Shown here: positions 9,813-16,111 of the stretch, one piece after another
Numbering within the stretch: position 1 is the first letter of the stretch
How the letters are laid out: the number at the start of each line of letters is the position of its first letter
Assembly (NCBI GenBank): GCA_964647565.1
Contig: CAZYIM010000042.1
Location: 1-18,628 of the forward strand
Origin: an uncultured Methanosarcinales archaeon
Lineage (GTDB): Archaea; Nanobdellota; Nanobdellia; Woesearchaeales; CAZYIM01
Direction of reading: 5' to 3'
DNA length: 18,628 bases
Program-made: the position numbers and the translations under genes
The notes under the pieces: generated by a model
The model's input: the letters and a program-made list of their open reading frames with translations, nothing else
Told to the model about the DNA's origin: nothing
The model's database searches: none

Positions 9813-10511
9813 ATGCCAATGAAAAAAACAATTGTTATTCTTGTGGTTTTGATTTTTGTAGCTAGTCTGATAATGGGTTGTGTTTCAACAACAGGACAAG
9901 CCAAAGGTTGAAAACCCAAACCTGTCACGTACCAGTGTAACGACGGGACAGACAACGACGGCGATGGCACCTGCGATTTTGAAGGGTGTAATATAGGAAA
10001 AGGCAAGGACAAAATCCAGATGCCTGAGGATCCTGACTGTGCTAGTGCTGAAGATGACAACGAAGCACCTGAAGGACCAGTATGCGGAGACCAAAACTGC
10101 GAAGCAGGAGAAGACTGCAACAACTGCGAAGCTGACTGTGGAGCGTGCCCGCCTGTATGCGGCAATGGAGATTGTGAAGCAGGAGAAGACTGCAACAACT
10201 GCGAAGCTGACTGTGGAGCGTGCCCGCCTGTATGCGGCAATGGAGATTGTGAAGCAGGAGAAGATTGTGCCAGCTGTGTAGAAGATTGTGGTGAATGTGA
10301 CTCATGCAGTGATACTGATGGAGGCATTGTTGCTGAAGTCCAAGGCACAATTTATGGCTATGACGATGGAACCCCTTATAATAGCACAGATTTCTGCTTG
10401 AATAATGCAACACTTATGGAATATTGGTGCAGCGGAGTTAATCCTTCAAGCACTAACATTACATGTCTTGCAAACATGTCACAGGTCTGTGTAAATGGTG
10501 CATGCGTCTAA
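9813..10511 (+). pseudogene. Cys/Asp-rich secreted lipoprotein (surface protein) interrupted by an in-frame TGA at 9909-9911
   Basis: Frame reads MPMKKTIVILVVLIFVASLIMGCVSTTGQAKG*KPKPVTYQCNDGTDNDGDGTCDFEGC...DKIQ and continues in frame into the listed ORF 10020-10511. It has a signal peptide with lipobox-like LIMGC, a CxDGxDNDxDG motif, VCGxxxCExGEDC repeats and sequons NST/NAT/NIT/NMS. Confidence 0.8.
10101..10264 (+). repeat. Perfect 75-nt tandem repeat (2 full copies plus a partial third) encoding EAGEDCNNCEADCGACPPVCGNGDC
   Basis: 10101-10175 is identical to 10176-10250; the third copy begins at 10251 and diverges after 10264. Confidence 0.95.
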
Positions 10512-10514
10512 TTG

Positions 10515-10545
10515 ATTTATTTTTTTTATTTTTTTCTTAATTTAA
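10515..10545 (+). terminator. Oligo-T tract (archaeal-type terminator) after the Cys-rich gene
   Basis: Two long T runs directly after the TAA at 10509-10511. Confidence 0.55.
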
Positions 10546-10599
10546 CAGCTTAATTCTCAAACATAAAGTTTTTTAAATGATTTCTATATACCCTGCCTT

Positions 10600-11730
10600 A
10601 TGACTGAGAGGGTTGTTGTTAAGGAATGTCACGAGTATAATCCTAAGAAGATTAAACCGCTATTAGTCCAAGCGCTCAAAGATTTGGATTTTAAAATTCC
10701 TGTAAAAAAAACCGTTCTAATCAAGCCTAATCTGCTTATGGACAAGAACCCAAATCAGCATATTACAACACATCCAGATGTTGTTGAGGCAGCATGCATG
10801 ATCCTTAAGGATAAAGGCTGCAAGATCCTTATTGGTGAAAGCGTGGTTTTTGGGAAAAAAGATTTCCTCTTTGAAAGATGTGGTATGACCGAGGTTGCTA
10901 AAAAATATGGCGCCAAACTAGTTGCGTTTGAGGGGCAGGAACTAATAGAGTGCCACGGAGATTTCCTAAAGAAACTGTTTATTCCCAAATTGCTAAAGGA
11001 TGTTGATCTTATTATCAGCATACCCAAGCTAAAGACTCATATGTTCACTGAGTATACAGGCGCTGTCAAAAACCTGTTCGGGTGTATACCTGGCAGCAAG
11101 AAATCCGAATATCACGTCATAGGTCATAACCAACGAAGATTTGCTAAGATCTTATATGATATTTGGAAAAATGTTAAACCTGGTTTGACAATCATGGACG
11201 GCATTGTTGGTATGGAAGGAAATGGGCCGTCTGCAGGAACTCCAAAACATACTGGTTTGCTTTTTATCGCTGAAAATGCTTATGCAATGGATATTGTCGG
11301 TCTTCAGACAATAGGTTTTTACCCAAAAGAGAATGCGGTACTAAAGATCGGACTCCAGAAAGGAGCAACCAGTACCCAGGTTGAAATTCTCGGCACTATC
11401 AAGGAGATCAAGTACAAGCCAGCAGGTATGGCTAATATTATCAGGGAAAAAATGCCAAAATTTTTAATGAAGATTGCTTATGATATGATCAAACTCAAGC
11501 CATACTTCTCTAAACGCTGTGTACAATGTGGCGTCTGCAAAGAACATTGCCCACCCAAAGCAATTTCAGAAGAATATAAGATTAATAGAAAGAAATGTAT
11601 CATGTGCTATTGTTGTCACGAACTGTGCCCTCATAAAGCAATGGATGTAAGGCGTGGCTTTATCGGTACTATGGCACTAAAAACATATAAATTTTTCTTT
11701 GGAGGCAGAAAAAATGAAAACAATCACTGA
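10600..11730 (+). CDS. DUF362 family protein with C-terminal 2x[4Fe-4S] ferredoxin domain
   Basis: VLIKPNLL, TTHPDVV, IPKLKTH, TGAVKNLFG and DGIVGMEGNGPSAG; CVQCGVCKEHCP and CIMCYCCHELCP. TTTAAA at 10572 lies 28 nt upstream; TGA stop. Confidence 0.9.
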   Translation: MTERVVVKECHEYNPKKIKPLLVQALKDLDFKIPVKKTVLIKPNLLMDKNPNQHITTHPDVVEAACMILKDKGCKILIGESVVFGKKDFLFERCGMTEVAKKYGAKLVAFEGQELIECHGDFLKKLFIPKLLKDVDLIISIPKLKTHMFTEYTGAVKNLFGCIPGSKKSEYHVIGHNQRRFAKILYDIWKNVKPGLTIMDGIVGMEGNGPSAGTPKHTGLLFIAENAYAMDIVGLQTIGFYPKENAVLKIGLQKGATSTQVEILGTIKEIKYKPAGMANIIREKMPKFLMKIAYDMIKLKPYFSKRCVQCGVCKEHCPPKAISEEYKINRKKCIMCYCCHELCPHKAMDVRRGFIGTMALKTYKFFFGGRKNENNH

Positions 11731-12859
11731 TTTCACATTTAAGGGTAAAAGGGTGTTGATGCGTGCCAATCTCAATGTACCTATTGACAAATCAGGAGCT
11801 ATCACAGATGATATCCGAATCAGAAAAATGCTTCCCACTATCAAACAAATCCTACAGCAGGATTGTAAGCAACTGGTCTTGATGTGCCATTTCGGCAGAC
11901 CTGACGGCAAGTTCGATCCTTTACGTAAAACAGATGTGATTGCTGTAAGACTTATGAAACTGCTGGGCAGAACTGTGGTAAAGGTAGATGACTGCGTTGA
12001 TGTAGTTATTCCAGATGAAAAGATAGTACTTTTAGAAAATGTCAGGTTTCATCCAGAAGAGGAAGCTAATGATCCTGAGTTTGCTAAAAAACTGGCTGAA
12101 CATGGCGACATCTATGTCAATGAGGCCTTTGGAGATTATAGGGCCCATGCCTCAACTGTGGGCGTCATAAAATATCTTCCAAGCTGTATTGGTCCTCTTT
12201 TTGAAAAAGAGATCAAACAACTGGATCTTCGTAATGCTAAGAGACCTTTTGTTGTTATTATGGGCGGAAGCAAACTGTCCACCAAGTTCCCTATCCTAAA
12301 TAAGCTGATTCCTGATGTAGATTATCTTCTGTTAGGAGGTGCCATGATTTTCACCTTCTTTAAAGCCAAGGGTATTGAGATAGGTAAATCATTATGTGAA
12401 GATGACCAGATCATGACAGCCAGGATGCTGGCACATAACGAGAAGTTAGTCTTGCCTGAAGACATCGTGGTCGCATCAGAGATATCTGCAGATGCAGATA
12501 TAAAGACATTAGCGTTCGATAAAATACCTCCTACATATATTGGTCTGGATATAGGTGAAGCTTCTGTTGAGGAGTTCAAGGAGATCCTAAAGGCTGCCAA
12601 AACTATTTTCTGGAATGGCCCCCTAGGATATTTTGAGATCGATCAGTTCGCCAAAGCCACAAATGAAATTGCACAGTTCCTATCTGGGCTCGATGCTAAA
12701 ACCATTGTGGGTGGTGGCGACAGCGTCGCAGCTATCAGCAAACTGGATCTGGAAGACAAATTCGACCATGTTTCAACAGGAGGAGGTGCATCCTTGAAGT
12801 TCATTGATAAGGGTACTTTGCCTGTACTAGAAGCATTAAAAGAAAAATATCCCGATTAA
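11714..12859 (+). CDS. pgk: Phosphoglycerate kinase (divergent motifs)
   Basis: KRVLMRANLNVP, HFGRP, LLENVRF, RAHAS, GLDIG, FWNGPLG, GGGDS and HVSTGGGASL. Start reassigned to ATG 11714 behind RBS GGAGG at 11701-11705; overlaps the DUF362 gene by 17 nt. Confidence 0.93.
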   Translation: MKTITDFTFKGKRVLMRANLNVPIDKSGAITDDIRIRKMLPTIKQILQQDCKQLVLMCHFGRPDGKFDPLRKTDVIAVRLMKLLGRTVVKVDDCVDVVIPDEKIVLLENVRFHPEEEANDPEFAKKLAEHGDIYVNEAFGDYRAHASTVGVIKYLPSCIGPLFEKEIKQLDLRNAKRPFVVIMGGSKLSTKFPILNKLIPDVDYLLLGGAMIFTFFKAKGIEIGKSLCEDDQIMTARMLAHNEKLVLPEDIVVASEISADADIKTLAFDKIPPTYIGLDIGEASVEEFKEILKAAKTIFWNGPLGYFEIDQFAKATNEIAQFLSGLDAKTIVGGGDSVAAISKLDLEDKFDHVSTGGGASLKFIDKGTLPVLEALKEKYPD

Positions 12860-12869
12860 AAAAAGTTAT

Positions 12870-13307
12870 TTAGCTCTCTCTTCTTAGGAAATCTCCCCTG
12901 TCAAGAATATTTTTTACAAAAAGATCTTTTCCTTTTTGATATAATCTTCCATATCCAAGATTCTCATCATGTTCATTCTGGACCAATACCAATCCATCAT
13001 CCACATTTTTCCTGATAATCCCTTGTTCAAACACATCTCTTCCACAAAGAAATAGCCATTCTGATTTCTTGTTAAGGAAAACCTTACGAGTACTTTGTCT
13101 TGCCAGTATCTCAAGCAAGGCTAAACTAGGTATAAAGTTCCCGCTGTCTTCTCCTAGAAAAACTCCTATGGAAAACAAATCAGAACTTATATTATCAGAC
13201 ATTACCTGCAATTCAGGAGAAACGTCATAGTATTTCCTGCCATGTTTAACAACATTTTCCATCGCAATATTCGCGAATATGCTAATAAACTCATTAAGTT
13301 TTTTCAT
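12870..13307 (-). CDS. NIP7-like ribosome biogenesis protein (PUA-domain, UPF0113-like)
   Basis: GVFLGE, FLNKKSEWLFLCGRDVF, VLVQNEHDENLGYG and KNILDRGDFLRRE resemble archaeal Nip7. Start reassigned to ATG 13307 behind GAGGT, overlapping the end of the upstream gene. Confidence 0.75.
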   Translation of the reverse strand: MKKLNEFISIFANIAMENVVKHGRKYYDVSPELQVMSDNISSDLFSIGVFLGEDSGNFIPSLALLEILARQSTRKVFLNKKSEWLFLCGRDVFEQGIIRKNVDDGLVLVQNEHDENLGYGRLYQKGKDLFVKNILDRGDFLRRES

Positions 13308-14520
13308 CTGGTACCTCAATTCCCAATTCTTGGGTCAATTCCATGATTCTTTCCTTGATCTTATTTGGATCAGTTAACTCTAACTCTGTTTTCAGATTTT
13401 GTAACTCTCGTTCTAGAGCAACAATTTTCTGGTCAAGGTGCGCCAAAAGACTTTCTTCCTCTTCTATCTCCATAAGTATCATGTATTTTTTAATTTTTTG
13501 GGTTGTATCTTCAAGTTCAGTGTTTAATTGGATTATATCTTCTTTTTTCTTGGTCAAGAACTCCTTGTTAATAGACTTCAATGCGGCCCGCGTTTTTTGT
13601 TCTTTCTTATGATCAAGACCCAGTGTTGGAATAGCATCTTCTAATTTGGACAGAAGAGAAAGTATCTCCATATCTTTATCATTAATCAATGCTCTTAATG
13701 GACCATGAAGATAATCATCAACCAACTGTTCGTTCATGGATCCTCTTTTGTATTTCTTCATGGCTTTTTCCAAAGTTGAAAATAATAGTAGCATATCCTG
13801 AGCAGTCTTGTTTATTTGTCGAGGGATATCTTCTTGTTTCTTGAGAAGAGAGGTATATTCCTTCATCTTTGATCCCCCCTTTAAGCGAGATATTTTGTCT
13901 GAAGATTCGCTATGCTCCTGCTTAAGTTTTTTTATTGCTTCTTTGGATACTTTTACACTAACAAGACCGTCTTTTTTTGATAGTTTGGTTCGATGATACT
14001 TATCTAAAGCTTCATTTAGTTCCCCTAGTTGAGGTAAACCCATATTTTCCAGTCTTTTTTTCATTTTACTAAGATTATTCTCAATCTTTTTGATAGAAAG
14101 GGCAATATCTGATACTTCTTTGTCAAGAAACTCTTTTAGGACGAAATAATTCTTATGTGTCTCTTCACCTAGCACATCTAGTTTTTTTGAGAATTGTTCA
14201 CTAAAATCCATGAGCTCATTTGGATCTTCAGGGATCTCTAAACTGTCCAGAAAGCTATTGACTTTTCGTATATAGTTTTTACGATGGCCTTCCATTATCT
14301 GCTTGACTCTTACAGGAATATCCTCGTTTCTTAAGGCAGACTCCTCGAGAAAATCGAGTTTCTTTTTGGCGTCTTTGACAATCAGTTTTATATCTGCTCT
14401 AGCTTCTTTACTCAGTTGTTCTGCATCACCCCAGATCTTATTAGACTTAACCCAGTCTGGAAGGTGCTGAAAAGATACTGACTGATTCTGTTTTTTTTTG
14501 AAGATGTCAAAAAATCCCAA
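13294..14520 (-). CDS. Coiled-coil hypothetical protein (408 aa)
   Basis: Long ORF rich in K/E/L heptads with no Walker A motif; TTG start preceded by a GGGGG RBS-like run; overlaps the NIP7-like gene. Confidence 0.8.
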   Translation of the reverse strand: MGFFDIFKKKQNQSVSFQHLPDWVKSNKIWGDAEQLSKEARADIKLIVKDAKKKLDFLEESALRNEDIPVRVKQIMEGHRKNYIRKVNSFLDSLEIPEDPNELMDFSEQFSKKLDVLGEETHKNYFVLKEFLDKEVSDIALSIKKIENNLSKMKKRLENMGLPQLGELNEALDKYHRTKLSKKDGLVSVKVSKEAIKKLKQEHSESSDKISRLKGGSKMKEYTSLLKKQEDIPRQINKTAQDMLLLFSTLEKAMKKYKRGSMNEQLVDDYLHGPLRALINDKDMEILSLLSKLEDAIPTLGLDHKKEQKTRAALKSINKEFLTKKKEDIIQLNTELEDTTQKIKKYMILMEIEEEESLLAHLDQKIVALERELQNLKTELELTDPNKIKERIMELTQELGIEVPDEKT

Positions 14521-14560
14521 ACATATCCCCCAATTAAGACAACATAGGATAGTTTATATT

Positions 14561-14689
14561 ACTTTTGATTTTGAGGTAGCAAACCGAAAAATAAAAAGTC
14601 AAACACAAAAATGCTGCAACTTTTGATTTTGAGGTAGCAAACCGAAAAATAAAAAGTCAAACACACAAAGTGACGCAACTTTTGATTTT
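14561..14689. repeat. Tandem palindromic (REP-like) repeat: two identical 47-nt copies plus a 12-nt partial third
   Basis: acttttgattttgaggtagcaaaccgaaaaataaaaagtcaaacaca at 14561-14607 and 14619-14665; acttttgatttt again at 14678-14689. Each full copy contains a 39-nt imperfect inverted repeat. Confidence 0.93.
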
Positions 14690-14732
14690 ATAGCATCATA
14701 AAATATTTATATCCTAGTCATATAATCTAATT

Positions 14733-15050
14733 ATGGTTAAGAGAAAATACAGTAAAAAACCTCAAGAACAATTGGATATAGCTAAAAAAAGGATTTTAAA
14801 GTTGTTTTTACAGGCTGAACAGGTTTTCCCAGAGGATCCATTGCTAGCCAATAGATATGTTGAAATAGCCAGAAAAATCTCTATGAAGCTAAAGATGAGG
14901 ATTCCTTCAGAACTAAAAAAGAGGTTCTGTAAGAACTGTTATTGTTATCTGGTACCCTCTGTAAACTGTAGAGTGCGACTGCAGGACAAGAAGCTTGTCT
15001 ATTTCTGTAAAAATTGTAAGCATTTCATGAGATTTCCCTATAAAAAGTAG
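14733..15050 (+). CDS. rnp4: Ribonuclease P protein component 4 (Rpp21/Rpr2)
   Basis: IAKKRILKLF, LANRYVEIARKIS and zinc ribbon FCKNC...NCRVRL...CKNCKHFMRFPY. TTTATA at 14706 lies 27 nt upstream. Confidence 0.93.
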   Translation: MVKRKYSKKPQEQLDIAKKRILKLFLQAEQVFPEDPLLANRYVEIARKISMKLKMRIPSELKKRFCKNCYCYLVPSVNCRVRLQDKKLVYFCKNCKHFMRFPYKK

Positions 15051-15083
15051 TTTTTTTGTATGAAAAAACATCATACCTTTTTT
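15050..15083 (+). terminator. T-tract plus short hairpin/T-tract after rnp4
   Basis: T7 at 15051-15057, then GTATGA-aaaaaca-TCATAC (15058-15076) followed by ctttttt. Confidence 0.5.
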
Positions 15084-15142
15084 CAAAATCGTCCAAATTT
15101 GTGGTTTTTTACCCTTGATTTCGACCATACAAATATATATTT

Positions 15143-15181
15143 CTACTCCCGAGTAGTAAAAGAAACGAAACATTTATAAAT
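15143..15181 (+). promoter_or_regulatory. Palindrome CTACTC-cc-GAGTAG upstream of BRE/TATA (cgaaaca-TTTATAAA-t)
   Basis: Perfect 6-bp inverted repeat at 15143-15156; promoter box at 15166-15181; RBS GAGGTGA at 15220-15226. Confidence 0.55.
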
Positions 15182-15230
15182 AAATAATTTCTATACCACT
15201 TTAGAATAGTTAAATAAAAGAGGTGAGTTG

Positions 15231-15311
15231 ATGAAACTCGAAAAAGAAGTCGTCAAGGTCAAAACATCAGAAAAGATGATTGATGTGGACTACCTTTTAA
15301 GTGGCTTCTAA
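15231..15311 (+). CDS. Small peptide, 26 aa (MKLEKEVVKVKTSEKMIDVDYLLSGF), not in the ORF track
   Basis: Strong RBS GAGGTGA 4 nt before the ATG and a dedicated BRE/TATA; TAA at 15309-15311. Confidence 0.55.
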   Translation: MKLEKEVVKVKTSEKMIDVDYLLSGF

Positions 15312-15344
15312 CTCAAAAAAAACTTAACTGAAGAGACAAAAAAA

Positions 15345-15491
15345 ATGTTTAATGAAATAGATATAGAAGACGTAGAAAGTCAATTAGAAGAGATAAGGGG
15401 AACAAAAAAGAAAAAACATGATTTAAAGGATCTGAGTGATCCTAAGCTTTCATCAAGAGATATGGATGAGATATTCTGTGATTGGGATTAG
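15345..15491 (+). CDS. Small acidic protein, 48 aa (MFNEIDIEDVESQLEEIRGTKKKKHDLKDLSDPKLSSRDMDEIFCDWD), not in the ORF track
   Basis: Purine-rich, coding-like composition; same frame as 15231-15311; ends just before the bud32 promoter. Confidence 0.55.
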   Translation: MFNEIDIEDVESQLEEIRGTKKKKHDLKDLSDPKLSSRDMDEIFCDWD

Positions 15492-15532
15492 AATTTAATA
15501 ACTTTTATAAATATTCTAACAACACTTCTATT

Positions 15533-16111
15533 ATGAAAAAAATCGGTTCCGGAGCTGAGGCCGTAGTCTATAAGGATAAGAATCAGGTTATTAAAATCAG
15601 GCCAAAGAAAGGTTATAGAATCAGTGAGATAGATAGTGAATTAAGAAAATTTCGAACTAGAAGGGAAGCTAAAGTTATAGAAAAACTACCCGTCCCGGGT
15701 CCAAAACTTATCGATTGCGACAGAAAGGAAAAGTTGGTAATGAGCTATATCAAGGGTAATAAAGTCCGAGATATACTTGATAACCAGCCCAAACTCGCTA
15801 GAGATATAGGTCATAAGCTCAGTCTTATGCACGATGCAGACATAATCCATGGTGACTTGACCACATCCAACATGATATTTGATAAGGAGTTAAAGTTTAT
15901 AGACTTTGGACTCAGTTTTTTCTCATCCAGGATTGAGGATAAAGCAGTTGACATCCACCTTTTCAAGCAGGCCCTAGAAAGCAAGCATTTTAGAATTGAA
16001 AAAACAGCATATAAAGAATTTCTAAAGGGATATAAACGAGCCAGAGATTACGAATTGATCATCAGTAGGCTAGAAGAAGTAGAAGGTAGAGGGAGGTACA
16101 AAGGTAAATGA
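15533..16111 (+). CDS. bud32: KEOPS complex kinase/ATPase Bud32 (Kae1-associated)
   Basis: GSGAEA, KIRPKKGYR, RTRREAK, IIHGDLTTSNM, IDFGLS, EDKAVDIHL and terminal RGRYK. Start reassigned to ATG 15533, 29 nt after TTTATAAA at 15504. Confidence 0.95.
   Translation: MKKIGSGAEAVVYKDKNQVIKIRPKKGYRISEIDSELRKFRTRREAKVIEKLPVPGPKLIDCDRKEKLVMSYIKGNKVRDILDNQPKLARDIGHKLSLMHDADIIHGDLTTSNMIFDKELKFIDFGLSFFSSRIEDKAVDIHLFKQALESKHFRIEKTAYKEFLKGYKRARDYELIISRLEEVEGRGRYKGK

Noticed and set aside
9909..9911. Genome-wide TGA reassignment (code 25 or 4)
   Set aside because: TGA terminates bud32 right after its conserved RGRYK end (ATGA overlap), DUF362 and the protease; no other long conserved gene here has an internal TGA.
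9794..10413. Alternative-frame ORFs over the Cys-rich gene (9794-10348 -, 10042-10413 -, 10039-10281 +, 9885-10094 -)
   Set aside because: Shadows of the repetitive coding sequence; the promoter, RBS and signal peptide support the + frame starting at 9813/9819.
9909..10600. Selenocysteine at the in-frame TGA
   Set aside because: The codon is in a G/K/P linker, not at a Cys-pattern position, and the 3' region is T-rich with no recognisable archaeal SECIS stem.
11699..11713. pgk start at TTG 11699
   Set aside because: It overlaps the GGAGG RBS that is properly spaced for ATG 11714.
13294..14520. SMC/Rad50 ATPase call for the coiled-coil protein
   Set aside because: No Walker A/B or signature motifs, and it is too short.
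14561..14689. CRISPR array
   Set aside because: Linkers are only 11-12 nt and similar to each other, there are just two full units, and no cas genes are present in the window.
14913..15173. 86-aa minus-strand ORF overlapping rnp4
   Set aside because: Antisense to rnp4 and spans terminator and operator-like sequence; no recognisable protein features.
15482..15532. N-terminal extension of Bud32 from TTG 15482
   Set aside because: The segment contains the TATA box and overlaps the upstream small ORF; kinase homology starts at ATG 15533.
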